From Acaryochloris marina S15 (GTDB taxonomy: Bacteria > Cyanobacteriota > Cyanobacteriia > Thermosynechococcales > Thermosynechococcaceae), in contig NZ_CP064923.1 of NCBI RefSeq assembly GCF_018336915.1, forward strand, positions 3,630,001 to 3,662,000: DNA of 32,000 bases, written 5' to 3'. Of this stretch, positions 1-8,937 are shown piece after piece. A program made the translations under genes and the position numbers. The notes beneath the pieces are model-generated. The model searched no databases. It had not been told where the DNA came from and worked only from the letters and a program-made list of their open reading frames with translations. Position 1 is the first letter of the stretch, and each line of letters starts with the position of its first letter.

Positions 1-73
1 AATATGAATTGAGCTAATTCAATTTAATGCAAGCGCTTCGGACGAGGTTATTTCGCACTCGAAATACTTGAAT

Positions 74-102
74 GGTTTCAGCACTGCTTCAGTGCTGAAA
101 CC
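74..102 (-). terminator. 13-bp perfect stem-loop (GGTTTCAGCACTG / CAGTGCTGAAACC, 3-nt loop) downstream of ORF 156..458
   Basis: Read directly: 74-86 pairs with 90-102. It lies about 50 nt past the stop of the minus-strand ORF. There is no clean U-run on either strand, so a terminator role is tentative. Confidence 0.35.
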
Positions 103-155
103 CAGCATTGATGTTTGGGATATTTATTAAAACTGCTGTCACTGCCTTCTTTTAA

Positions 156-458
156 TTAAGAAATTAATCCAAGGGTGGCAATACAAGATTGCTTTTCTGT
201 TCTAAAGGTAAATCGTTGAATCATGGCTTCCACTGATGCTAGAGGAAGTGCATCAATAATAGTGGCTCGGAACATAATAGTGGGTCGCTCAGGAACCTCA
301 ATACCACAATGTTCAGAACGTAGAAAGATTCGGTTGATTGGATCTTGATCAATAGAGACCTGAACCCCTAATTCTGGATGTTGGAGGAAGGCTTGAAACA
401 TCTCTAACTGTTTCCAGAATTGGATCGTACTAGACTTGAATTCGATGTGTAAAGTCAT
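156..458 (-). CDS. hypothetical protein, 100 aa, no family recognised
   Basis: Uninterrupted ORF with ATG start. A GGAG Shine-Dalgarno sits 7 nt upstream on the minus strand (accaGGAGttatgctATG). I recognise no motif. Confidence 0.5.
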   Translation of the reverse strand: MTLHIEFKSSTIQFWKQLEMFQAFLQHPELGVQVSIDQDPINRIFLRSEHCGIEVPERPTIMFRATIIDALPLASVEAMIQRFTFRTEKQSCIATLGLIS

Positions 459-537
459 AGCATAACTCCTGGTTAAGCTTTTATTAATTATGCCCTCAAC
501 ACAATTGTTAGCTTAAATATTCATCGAAATCTTTATT

Positions 538-568
538 ATTTAGCACTCTTAGAGTGTGAGTGCTAAAT
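538..568. promoter_or_regulatory. 11-bp inverted repeat ATTTAGCACTC-N9-GAGTGCTAAAT, candidate operator or hairpin upstream of ORF 156..458
   Basis: Read directly. 538-548 is the reverse complement of 558-568. The centre (CACTCttaGAGTG) can form an alternative smaller hairpin. It lies about 80-110 nt upstream of the minus-strand ATG at 458. Confidence 0.3.
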
Positions 569-812
569 ATAATGCTCTTCCCAGAAGTTGTTATTGAGGA
601 AAACCAAGCTTATTTGAATGAAAGCTTTTCTACAAGAAAGAGTCAATCGTAATCTGATGAGCTAATGGAGAAGGATTTTTTTAGTATCTCTTGCTACGGT
701 TTGTCTTTCAAAAAAACCTTGGATATTAATAAATAAAAAGCGATCAATGGCCTTTGTCTACAGTTAAATACAGGTGAAGATGGGGTTTGATTACTAAGTA
801 CGAGAGATCCAA

Positions 813-2039
813 TTAACTGATAACGGTAACTTGCTGGGCACAGTCTTTAGCCCGTTGTCTGGCTTCCTCTATGGTCTCACCTAGGGCTAGAGCGACCCCC
901 ATCCGTCGATTTTTATGGGCAGTGGGTTTACCAAATAAGCGAACGCGGCTGGTTGGCACGGCAAGAGCTGCAGCAACGCCTTCAATCTTGGGTTCCTTGG
1001 ATGCCTCTGAGGCCAAAATTACCGCTGAAGCTCCAGGGCTAATGAGTTGGATATCACCAATGGGGAGACCCAGAATGGCACGGGCATGCAGTTCAAATTC
1101 GGACATATTTTGACTGACCATCGTGACCATGCCTGTGTCGTGGGGGCGAGGACTCACTTCGCTGAAATAGACCGTCTGGGGCTGATCGGCCGGCCCAGCA
1201 ATAAAAAGTTCCACACCAAACAGTCCCCACCCTCCTAAAGCATCGGTAATTTGGCGGGCCATAGCTTGGCAGGCTTCCAGGGTATTGGGGTGGAGGGCAC
1301 AGGGCTGCCAGGATTCTCGATAGTCCCCGCTTTGTTGCACATGGCCGATAGGAGGACAGAAGTGGGTGCCCGACTGGGACCGCACCGTTAGTAAGGTAAT
1401 TTCTGTTTCGAACTCGACAAAGCCTTCAACGATGACGCGGGGGGCGTTGCCACGACCGGCTTCTAGGGCATAGGTCCAGGCTGGGATAATTTCGCTGTCT
1501 GTTTTGACTAAGCTTTGGCCTTTACCTGAGGAACTCATGACGGGTTTGACCACGCAGGGAAGGCCAACGTGTTGCACTGCCTGTTCATATTCCGCTTGGG
1601 TGGAGGCAAATTGGTAGGGAGAGGTTTTTAAGCCCAGGTCACTGGCTGCCAGACGCCGAATGCCTTCCCGATCCATGGTCAGATTAGTGGCTTTAGCGGT
1701 GGGAATGACGTTCCATCCTTCCGCTTCTAGTTCGAGTAGGGTTGCAGTGGCGATGGCTTCAATCTCGGGCACAATTAGATCTGGTTTAACCGACTCTATG
1801 ACCTGGCGCAGGGCCGCCCCATCCTGCATATTAATCACTACATTACGATGGGCAAACTGCATGGCGGGGGCATGGTCGTAGGAATCCGCTGCAATCACTT
1901 CAATGCCTAAGCGCATGGCCTCTAGGGCGACTTCTCGGCCGAGTTCTCCTGACCCCAACAGCAATAGCCGTTTGGCAGATTCAGAAAAAGGGGCACCCCA
2001 GGGTGTGGTGAGAGAAGTGTTTGCAGGAGGGCTGATCAT
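813..2039 (-). CDS. purT: formate-dependent phosphoribosylglycinamide formyltransferase (GAR transformylase 2, ATP-grasp)
   Basis: 408 aa, colinear with E. coli PurT as I recall it. Shared motifs: [13 protein letters not shown], PEIEAIAT, [13 protein letters not shown], [50 protein letters not shown]. Confidence 0.95.
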   Translation of the reverse strand: MISPPANTSLTTPWGAPFSESAKRLLLLGSGELGREVALEAMRLGIEVIAADSYDHAPAMQFAHRNVVINMQDGAALRQVIESVKPDLIVPEIEAIATATLLELEAEGWNVIPTAKATNLTMDREGIRRLAASDLGLKTSPYQFASTQAEYEQAVQHVGLPCVVKPVMSSSGKGQSLVKTDSEIIPAWTYALEAGRGNAPRVIVEGFVEFETEITLLTVRSQSGTHFCPPIGHVQQSGDYRESWQPCALHPNTLEACQAMARQITDALGGWGLFGVELFIAGPADQPQTVYFSEVSPRPHDTGMVTMVSQNMSEFELHARAILGLPIGDIQLISPGASAVILASEASKEPKIEGVAAALAVPTSRVRLFGKPTAHKNRRMGVALALGETIEEARQRAKDCAQQVTVIS

Positions 2040-2186
2040 CGTTGTCGAGGAATCAATCTATAAATTTACATGGATGCAGTATGACCCATAACGGTTTCAT
2101 ACCATAATGCTGATTAGCAGTTTGCGGGAATAGGTTGGCGTTCTTGCTGGATCTAGTCCTGCGTTTTACAGATAGATGTAACAATC

Positions 2187-3959
2187 ATGGGCCTAATTGT
2201 TCAGAAGTTTGGTGGCACGTCCGTTGGTTCAGTCGAGCGGATTAAAGCGGTTGCCCAGCGGGTAAAGCAGACCGTTGCCCAGGGCAACTCGGTGGTGGTG
2301 GTGGTGTCGGCCATGGGCAAGAGCACCGATACCCTGGTCCAGCTGGCCCAAGGCGTATCCTCCAATCCCTGCCGACGCGAGATGGACATGCTGCTATCGA
2401 CAGGGGAGCAAGTCTCAATTTCCCTCCTGAGCATGGCCCTCCAGGAATTGGGGCAGCCTGCTATTTCCTTGACTGGGGCTCAGGTGGGGATTGTCACAGA
2501 ACCTGAACATACCCGTGCTCGCATTCTCCACATTGCCACGGAACGCTTAGAACGCCATCTCAATGAAGGAAAAGTGGTGGTGGTGGCTGGATTTCAGGGC
2601 ACCTCTAATACCTCCGATCTGGAAGTAACCACATTAGGCCGAGGTGGATCAGATACCTCCGCTGTGGCGTTGGCGGCGGCTCTAAATGCCGAAAAATGTG
2701 AGATTTATACCGATGTGGCTGGGGTGCTGACGACGGATCCTCGGTTGGTAGAGAAGGCCCAACTGATGGAGGAGATTACTTGCGAGGAGATGCTTGAACT
2801 GGCGAGTTTAGGAGCTAATGTCCTTCATCCTCGGGCGGTGGAGATTGCTCGTAATTATGGGGTCCAGATGGCCGTCCGTTCTAGTTGGACTGATGAGCCT
2901 GGTACTCAAATTATCTCTACTGGAACGCAACCGAAAACTTTGACAGACCTAGAATTAGGTCGCCCTGTGGATGCGGTGCATTTCGATCTGAACCAGGCGA
3001 AGGTTGCTTTGCTCCATGTTGCTGATCGGCCAGGAGTAGCAGCAGGATTGTTTGGGGAGTTAGCTAATCAAAACCTGGATGTGGACTTAATTATCCAGTC
3101 GATTCATGATGGCAATTCCAATGATATTGCTTTCACCGTGGCTCAAGACTGTTGTGATCGTGTTGAAGCGGTGGCGACTGCCTTTAGTGCAAATTTGCCC
3201 ACTGGTCCTGCCTCGGAAGTTTTGGTAGAACCCAAGGTCGCTAAGGTGAGTATTGTCGGTGCGGGGATTATTGGCCGTCCGCAAATTGCAGCCCAAATGT
3301 TTCAGACCCTGAGTGATTTGGATATCAATTTGCAGATGATTTCTACGTCTGAGGTGAATGTCAGCTGTACGATTGCTGCTGCGGATTGTGAACGGGCAAC
3401 GAAAGCCCTGTGTGATGTCTTTGAAGTCACTAGCTCTTCGATTGATAGTGGGATCTCCTTACCCGATTACCCCATTCCCCCGGTGCGTGGTGTGGCCCTA
3501 GATCTTGAGCAAGCCCAACTCGCCATCCGCAATGTTCCAGACCATCCCGGCATGGCGGCTCATATTTTCCAGGTCTTAGCCAAGCGAAATATCAGTGTAG
3601 ACATGATTATTCAGTCTCAACGCTCTCGCCAGGTGGAAGGGCAGATTACCCGAGATATTGCGTTTACGGTGGCAGAGGGGGATTTAGAGGTGGCTACAGG
3701 GCTTTTGCTCGATTTGTCTCACTCCCTAGGGTGTGGGGAAGTGGCATCCGATTCTGCGATCGCAAAAGTCAGTATCGTCGGTATCGGTATGTTGGGGCAG
3801 CCTGGAGTTGCAGCGCAGATGTTTGTGGCTTTAGCCCAGCAGAAAATTAATATTCAAATGATTGCCACCTCGGAAATTCGAGTCAGTTGCGTGGTGGCCC
3901 AGGAAGATGGGAGTACTGCTTTGCAGGCGGTCCATAAAGCGTTTGGCCTAGAGGGTTAG
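2187..3959 (+). CDS. lysC: aspartate kinase, long cyanobacterial form with duplicated ACT-domain pairs
   Basis: 590 aa. The N-terminal amino-acid kinase domain has [30 protein letters not shown] and [14 protein letters not shown]. The regulatory region is present twice: [21 protein letters not shown], then [21 protein letters not shown]. Confidence 0.95.
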   Translation: MGLIVQKFGGTSVGSVERIKAVAQRVKQTVAQGNSVVVVVSAMGKSTDTLVQLAQGVSSNPCRREMDMLLSTGEQVSISLLSMALQELGQPAISLTGAQVGIVTEPEHTRARILHIATERLERHLNEGKVVVVAGFQGTSNTSDLEVTTLGRGGSDTSAVALAAALNAEKCEIYTDVAGVLTTDPRLVEKAQLMEEITCEEMLELASLGANVLHPRAVEIARNYGVQMAVRSSWTDEPGTQIISTGTQPKTLTDLELGRPVDAVHFDLNQAKVALLHVADRPGVAAGLFGELANQNLDVDLIIQSIHDGNSNDIAFTVAQDCCDRVEAVATAFSANLPTGPASEVLVEPKVAKVSIVGAGIIGRPQIAAQMFQTLSDLDINLQMISTSEVNVSCTIAAADCERATKALCDVFEVTSSSIDSGISLPDYPIPPVRGVALDLEQAQLAIRNVPDHPGMAAHIFQVLAKRNISVDMIIQSQRSRQVEGQITRDIAFTVAEGDLEVATGLLLDLSHSLGCGEVASDSAIAKVSIVGIGMLGQPGVAAQMFVALAQQKINIQMIATSEIRVSCVVAQEDGSTALQAVHKAFGLEG

Positions 3960-4005
3960 CTTTTTGGCTGCAAGGCTTCACCCTCCGTAAGCCTTTAAAA
4001 AAGAA

Positions 4006-4033
4006 AATGACCTCGTGATCAAGCGAGGTCATT
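4006..4033 (+). terminator. stem-loop AATGACCTCG-N8-CGAGGTCATT downstream of lysC
   Basis: 10-bp perfect stem read directly, 47 nt after the lysC stop. It is followed by a moderately T-rich stretch (caaggatttgtatttgg). Confidence 0.5.
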
Positions 4034-4279
4034 CAAGGATTTGTATTTGGATCTAGGTAAGCACTGCTGCTGCAGTCCTTACCCAGAAACAGTGGTGAAC
4101 ACACAGTGATTACACTTTATCGGCAGTCACAGGTTGGCTCTACCGAATAATTACGGAGTCCAAACTATTTTCTGCGAGAATTTTCGGAGTAAATCAAAAG
4201 TCTCTGAAGAATAAAAAAAAGATGGTCAAAAAGTTCCGTATTTATACGGAGGTCTTTTGGTAATCAATACCATCCCATT

Positions 4280-4308
4280 AAAAAACCGACAGGTTAAACC
4301 CTGTCGGT
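4280..4308 (-). terminator. intrinsic terminator on the minus strand (CCGACAGG / CCTGTCGG stem followed by a U-run)
   Basis: On the minus strand: accgacagggtttaacctgtcggTTTTTT. This is the second of two tandem terminators sharing the same stem sequence downstream of modBC. Confidence 0.55.
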
Positions 4309-4319
4309 ACATCATTTCC

Positions 4320-4356
4320 AAAAAAAACACCGACAAGCTGAACCAACCTGTCGGAC
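4320..4356 (-). terminator. intrinsic terminator on the minus strand (CCGACAGG / CTTGTCGG stem followed by T8)
   Basis: On the minus strand: tccgacaggttggttcagcttgtcggtgTTTTTTTT. It lies about 146 nt downstream of the modBC stop, and the stem has one mismatch. Confidence 0.55.
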
Positions 4357-4501
4357 GTATGTGTGTTCCCCAATGACGACTCAGATAACTCTAAGTCTTC
4401 TTTAATATCGCTGGAAAAAATGGAAGCTAGTGTGATCTAAATCACGTTGAATAGGCAATCTTTATCACTTACAAAAATAGCCCAAGAAAAATGGGAAATA
4501 A

Positions 4502-6304
4502 CTATTCCCGAAGTAATAAAATTCGCAGGGGGTCAAGGGTAATTGACCAGGGAAAAGGCAGGTTTTTGAGCTGTTTCCATTTGTCTTTAAACACTTCAGC
4601 CTGGAGATAGTAATCTTCTGCGTGGGTGGGGGGTGTATTGAGCTTAAGATAGAGGGTCATCCGGTGAGGGGTCTCTCGGGTCATCGCTAGCCAGCCTGGA
4701 AAGGTATTACTAGGTGAAGTCACGGGGGACTCTAAATCTAAAAACCGAATTTGATGGGCGCGAATACCCATTTGGGAATGGTGGGGCTGAACAGGCTCCA
4801 GGATCTGTAGGGTGCACTCCCAGTCCAGGGCAAACACCTTGTCTGGGCCACTCTGCTGGATGCGGGAAAAGTTTTTACAACCCGTGAGTTGGGCAACGCT
4901 CAGGGTTTCGGGATGTTCTAGGATTTGATGCTTGGGGCGAAGGGTAGAGGGTTTGCCTTGCTCCACCACCATCAACTGATTACAGAGTCGATAGGCTTCT
5001 TCTACATTGTGGGTAACCCAGAGGGTCATGCCATCAAAGGTGGATAGACGAGACACCATCACTTTTTCAATCTGGTTACGGAGGTGGGTATCCAAGGCGG
5101 AGAAGGGTTCATCAAACAGCAAGAGTTGGGGCTGGCTTGCTAGGGCTCTCGCTAGGGCAACCCGCTGTTGCTGTCCTCCAGATAATTCCTGGGGCAAGTG
5201 GTGGCCGTAGTCAGCTAGCTGAAGCGGAGCTAAGTGGGATGCAGCTTCGGTGGTATTGAGGGATTGTCCTGCTGATAAGGCAAAGGCAATATTTTCAGCG
5301 GCAGTGAGGTGGGGGAATAGGGCATAGTTTTGGAATAGGATGCCAATGTTGCGATCGCAACTCGGTATATTAATGCCCTGCACTGAGTCAAACAGCACCC
5401 GACCATTGAGGACAATCCGGCCCCGATCAGGAGTTTCAATCCCGGCAATACAGCGGAGGAGCATACTTTTTCCAGCTCCTGAAGCTCCCAATACCCCCAG
5501 AGTGGTTTCTTGGGTTTGGAAAGAGATATCTAATTGGAATCCAGCCACTCGCTTTTGCAAGTCAACCCATAACCCCTGTTCAGCAGGAGGGTGGGCAGCA
5601 CCTGAGGGCAATCTAGGTCTCACGGGACGACGGCGACGGGACTGTTTGAACCGAGGCTTTCGACTGAGCCACAGATTCATCCCCGTCAGGCACCCTAAAC
5701 TGACCAAGAGGGTGATGCTGCACCAAATCAATGCTTCCTCAAATATCCCACCCTCAACGGCAAAATAAATTGCCATCGGTAAAGTTTGGGTCTGTCCTGG
5801 AATATTGCCCGCCAGCATCAGGGTGGCTCCAAATTCTCCCAAGGCTCGGGCAAAGGCCAAACTTGTGCCAGCCAAAATTCCTGGCCCGGCTAAGGGTAAG
5901 ACCACTTGCCGAAATACGGTCCATTCAGAAGCCCCCAACGTGCGAGCCGCCGCCTGTAGATCGGGATCAAGCTGCTGGAAGGCTCCCAATGCGGTTTTGT
6001 ACTGCAAGGGAAAGGATACAAGCGTGGCCGTAATCACAGCGGCATACCAAGTAAACACCGGGTTCAATCCCACAGGGGTCAAAAACTGACCAATGGGACC
6101 TTGAGTCCCCAGAAGAAAGAGGAGCATAAACCCCAACACGGTGGGAGGTAACACCAGGGGGGTCAGGAGGATGCTCTCAATCACCGCTTTGCCTTTGCCC
6201 CGATAGCGGTGCATGGCATAGGCCGTTGCCACCCCCGAAGTAAAGGTGATACACGTTGCGATCGCAGCAATCTTTAAAGAGGTCCATAGGGGCGCAATGC
6301 TCAC
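4502..6304 (-). CDS. modBC: molybdate ABC transporter, fused permease (ModB) + ATPase (ModC) with C-terminal TOBE-like region
   Basis: 600 aa with a GTG start. The N-terminal ~220 aa are a multi-helix permease with the ABC EAA-type loop (AAARTLGASEWTVFRQVVLPLA). The ATPase half has Walker A GASGAGKS, signature LSGGQQQRVALARAL, and Walker B LLLFDEPFSALD. It lies 3 nt downstream of modA. Confidence 0.9.
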   Translation of the reverse strand: MSIAPLWTSLKIAAIATCITFTSGVATAYAMHRYRGKGKAVIESILLTPLVLPPTVLGFMLLFLLGTQGPIGQFLTPVGLNPVFTWYAAVITATLVSFPLQYKTALGAFQQLDPDLQAAARTLGASEWTVFRQVVLPLAGPGILAGTSLAFARALGEFGATLMLAGNIPGQTQTLPMAIYFAVEGGIFEEALIWCSITLLVSLGCLTGMNLWLSRKPRFKQSRRRRPVRPRLPSGAAHPPAEQGLWVDLQKRVAGFQLDISFQTQETTLGVLGASGAGKSMLLRCIAGIETPDRGRIVLNGRVLFDSVQGINIPSCDRNIGILFQNYALFPHLTAAENIAFALSAGQSLNTTEAASHLAPLQLADYGHHLPQELSGGQQQRVALARALASQPQLLLFDEPFSALDTHLRNQIEKVMVSRLSTFDGMTLWVTHNVEEAYRLCNQLMVVEQGKPSTLRPKHQILEHPETLSVAQLTGCKNFSRIQQSGPDKVFALDWECTLQILEPVQPHHSQMGIRAHQIRFLDLESPVTSPSNTFPGWLAMTRETPHRMTLYLKLNTPPTHAEDYYLQAEVFKDKWKQLKNLPFPWSITLDPLRILLLRE

Positions 6305-6307
6305 ACA

Positions 6308-7087
6308 TCAATCCTCAGGCACTAAACCAAATCCAGCCTGAGTGAAGCGGTCTTTCGATTCAGGAGTGGACAAAAACTCGATAAAAGATTGAGCCGTCTG
6401 GGGCTGAGAACTCCCAGCCACAATAGCAATCGGATAAACAATGGGAGAATGGCTGTGGGCTGGGGCAAGGGCCACCTGTTTCACCCGATCAGACTGGCGC
6501 ACATCAGTGGCATAGACAACGCCTGCATCCACATTGGCACCCGCAACCGCCGCTAGAACCCCATGCACGCTATTGGCAAAAATTAGCTTGGTCTGAATCT
6601 GTTGAGATAATTCGAGTGTCGAAAAAACTTCTTGGGCATATTGCCCAGCGGGGACGCTCGCCCCTTCTCCCACCATAATTTTTTTAACTTGGGGGGACGT
6701 TAATTGCTGAAACTCCGTCAAAGACACCTGAGACTCCTCAGGTACAATCAGGGCCAGTTGGTTCGTGACGATGGATCGATGGGAGTTCTGGATAATGAGT
6801 TGCTGCTCTAACAGACTGTTTATGGGCTTAGGTGCAGCAGAGAAGAACACATCCACAGGTGCCCCTTGCTCTATTTGACGTTGCAAGACCCCCGAGGCCG
6901 CAAAATTAAAGGTCAGATCAATCTGGGGATAGGCCTTCTCAAATTCCGGCTCTATAGCTTGCAAAACAGTTTGTAGACTGGAAGCCGCAGATACCGTAAG
7001 CTGGCGGGTTTGAGGGGCAAACTGGCATCCCCCCAGGATCAAAGCCACTAAGCTGATCATCCGTTTTGGGACTGAAAAATTCATCAT
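6308..7087 (-). CDS. modA: molybdate ABC transporter periplasmic substrate-binding protein
   Basis: 259 aa. It has an N-terminal signal/lipobox-like segment (LVALILGGC). ModA-like motifs are LTVSAASSL, FNFAASGVL..QIEQGAPVDVFFSA and AGVVYATD. It is adjacent to modBC in an operon. Confidence 0.9.
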   Translation of the reverse strand: MMNFSVPKRMISLVALILGGCQFAPQTRQLTVSAASSLQTVLQAIEPEFEKAYPQIDLTFNFAASGVLQRQIEQGAPVDVFFSAAPKPINSLLEQQLIIQNSHRSIVTNQLALIVPEESQVSLTEFQQLTSPQVKKIMVGEGASVPAGQYAQEVFSTLELSQQIQTKLIFANSVHGVLAAVAGANVDAGVVYATDVRQSDRVKQVALAPAHSHSPIVYPIAIVAGSSQPQTAQSFIEFLSTPESKDRFTQAGFGLVPED

Positions 7088-7258
7088 GCTGCGGCCATAA
7101 AGGAAGATGCCTTCATCCTAGAGGCAAAAAGACCTGTGTAAATCCCAGGAGAAAACAGTGATTTTTCTCTGAGAGAATTCATTATAAATACCGAAGCGTA
7201 AGGCTTTGAGATGGGGCAAATTTGTGTATACACACACATTTTTGCTCGGATCACACAC

Positions 7259-7486
7259 ATGTATAATCCCTCCTTGACAGAAGAAAACCGTAATCAGGTT
7301 AGCCCCGTAATCGCTCCTCGCAAAAATACATCTCTGTATAACTGGTTAGAAGAGAATGGTCGTTTCCGCCAAAATGATGAATCTGATTTCGACTGGTCTA
7401 CCGATGACGAAGAACTGCTTTCAGAATATTCCAACAACAACAGCAACAGTAACAACGACGAGAGTTATACGCCAATGGCTGCGTAA
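7259..7486 (+). CDS. small acidic protein, DUF3134-like (cyanobacterial conserved hypothetical)
   Basis: I prefer the internal ATG at 7259 (MYNPSLTEENRNQ..SLYNWLEENGR, then an acidic/Asn-rich tail). This resembles my recollection of the DUF3134 N-terminus. The family assignment is from memory only. Confidence 0.5.
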   Translation: MYNPSLTEENRNQVSPVIAPRKNTSLYNWLEENGRFRQNDESDFDWSTDDEELLSEYSNNNSNSNNDESYTPMAA

Positions 7487-7544
7487 AATCATTGTTTTTT
7501 CTTGAGGGATATTGACAATATCTATCTTGGTTTGTTGGATCCAA

Positions 7545-8144
7545 TCAATTGATCTTGCCCGATGTATTTTGCATAGAATTGACGCGATCTAACAGACTTA
7601 ATAGCAGTTGATCCATCACCTGGGAAGCATTGAGTTGCAAGGTAGCTTCACGATTGGAGTACCATTGCCACTTTTGATACTCATGGGGATCGAGGCAAAG
7701 CTGTTGCTTTTCAGAAGCGGTCAGCGTGACTACATAGGTGAGATTGAGGCTATGCAAGCCCCGATCCTGTGGGGATTGCTGCCGATGGGCAAAACAAGTG
7801 GAATAGACTCCCATAAAGTGGAATCGGTCTGTTGCGATCGCAAGTCCAGCTTCTTCCCTCGCTTTCCGCTGGGCAGACTGTAAGGGGGACTCTCCGGCGA
7901 TCATGCGTCCGCCAATGACCCACCAAGATTTTTGGGGATAGGTACGGCGTTTAGCCAACAACACCTGTTGTTGATGGCTAAAAACTAAATCAACGCAAGT
8001 AATGACCAGATGATCTAGAGCTTGACTAAAGACCTCTGTCGGTAATCTGGCATCCAGCCCCATTTGATAAGTGCGGTCTGGCTCATGATAATGGGGCACT
8101 TCAGAACTCTGGTCTGAAGGATTAGATTTCTTTGGTGAGAACAT
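7545..8144 (-). CDS. NUDIX hydrolase
   Basis: Nudix box GRMIAGESPLQSAQRKAREEAGL (G-x5-E-x7-R-x-U-x-EE-x-GU, with RK in place of RE). I chose the start at Met38 of the tracked ORF (ATG 8142-8144) because the longer ORF would overlap the upstream DUF423 gene. Confidence 0.8.
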   Translation of the reverse strand: MFSPKKSNPSDQSSEVPHYHEPDRTYQMGLDARLPTEVFSQALDHLVITCVDLVFSHQQQVLLAKRRTYPQKSWWVIGGRMIAGESPLQSAQRKAREEAGLAIATDRFHFMGVYSTCFAHRQQSPQDRGLHSLNLTYVVTLTASEKQQLCLDPHEYQKWQWYSNREATLQLNASQVMDQLLLSLLDRVNSMQNTSGKIN

Positions 8145-8158
8145 TGGAGGGGGTTCAA

Positions 8159-8545
8159 TTAGCTGATCGGAGATGATTTGAAGGCTGCGATCGCAATGCA
8201 TCCCCACCCGACTAAAAAGGCAACGCCACCCAGCGGAGTAATGGGACCAAACCACTTAATCTCAGATAGACTCAATCCATATAGGCTGCCGGAGAATAAA
8301 ACGATGCCGGCAATAAAGGCATAGCCTGCAAGGGTCAGTAGCCCCTCTCCTCCCTCTGCGCGACTCAACAGCAGGGATACCAGGATCAGGGCGAGAGCAT
8401 GGTACATCTGGTACTTGGTGCCTGTCTCAAAAATTTGTTGCGACTTTTCGCTGAGTTGAGCCTTGAGGGCATGAGAAGCAAAGGCCCCTGCCGCCACAGA
8501 AAGGCCACCGAAAATTGAACCAGCCATGAGGAAAAGTCGGAACAT
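8159..8545 (-). CDS. DUF423 (YgdD/TMEM256-like) small membrane protein
   Basis: Four hydrophobic helices plus the typical GAFASHAL and YQMYHALAL motifs. I chose the start at MFRLFLMAG (ATG 8543-8545). The gene lies 14 nt upstream of the Nudix gene. Confidence 0.8.
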   Translation of the reverse strand: MFRLFLMAGSIFGGLSVAAGAFASHALKAQLSEKSQQIFETGTKYQMYHALALILVSLLLSRAEGGEGLLTLAGYAFIAGIVLFSGSLYGLSLSEIKWFGPITPLGGVAFLVGWGCIAIAAFKSSPIS

Positions 8546-8847
8546 CGAAGGATTACTCACGAATTGAACTGATCGATTATTGCCTATTGAGCATAAAATT
8601 ACTCTTCTCAAACATTGAGGTTGTTTGATCTGGGATCAATGGTTCTAAAGTTTAAGGTTGAAATCCTCTGATTTCCGGGTTTCTGAGTCAGAAGTGAGCT
8701 TAAGCACTCCTGGGCGTGACCATCATCATAGTGTCGCTTTTTCGAGCTTGGTAGCGTAATCCTAACGAAAAAGCCAACTATATCTGAGGAATGGGGTATG
8801 ACTCGAATTTTTATCAGTCACAACTGGGGTGATAAAACGATTGCCGA

Positions 8848-8856
8848 CAAAATTGC
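8848..8856. repeat. left target-site duplication CAAAATTGC (10 bp, CAAAATTGCC, if the IS starts at 8858)
   Basis: Identical to 10289-10297, and it directly abuts the IS terminal inverted repeat. Confidence 0.85.
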
Positions 8857-8874
8857 CAGCAATTGTAAATTCAA
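8857..8874. repeat. IS left terminal inverted repeat
   Basis: CAGCAATTGTAAATTCAA, read directly. Confidence 0.9.
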
Positions 8875-8937
8875 AATTTTGGCAAGCTAGGTTGTAGTCG
8901 TTGAGGATGTATTCATACACTTGCAGAGCCCCAGACG

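Noticed and set aside
871-2091. Plus-strand ORFs 871..1113, 1047..1238, 1660..1881 and 1903..2091 inside or overlapping purT
   Set aside because: They are antisense shadow frames of a confidently identified, GC-rich gene. Their Arg/Ser/Ala-rich composition is typical of antisense translation, and they show no motifs.
2040-2186. Lysine riboswitch upstream of lysC, and Moco riboswitch or ModE box upstream of modA (7088..7210)
   Set aside because: Both leaders are short (about 120-150 nt). They show none of the multi-helix junction structure these riboswitches need. Only an ordinary TATAAT-like box is visible upstream of modA.
5007-6089. ORFs 5007..5210, 5340..5768, 5731..6033 and 5805..6089 (+), and 5230..5448 (-), within modBC
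   Set aside because: All overlap the modBC coding frame, which has unambiguous ABC permease and ATPase motifs. Their low-complexity, Pro/Arg-rich products indicate artefacts.
7545-8611. Long N-terminal extensions of the Nudix (to 8255) and DUF423 (to 8611) ORFs
   Set aside because: The extended Nudix ORF would overlap the DUF423 gene by about 100 nt. The extended DUF423 ORF adds a non-hydrophobic leader before the conserved MFRLF start. The internal ATGs at 8144 and 8545 give compact, non-overlapping genes.
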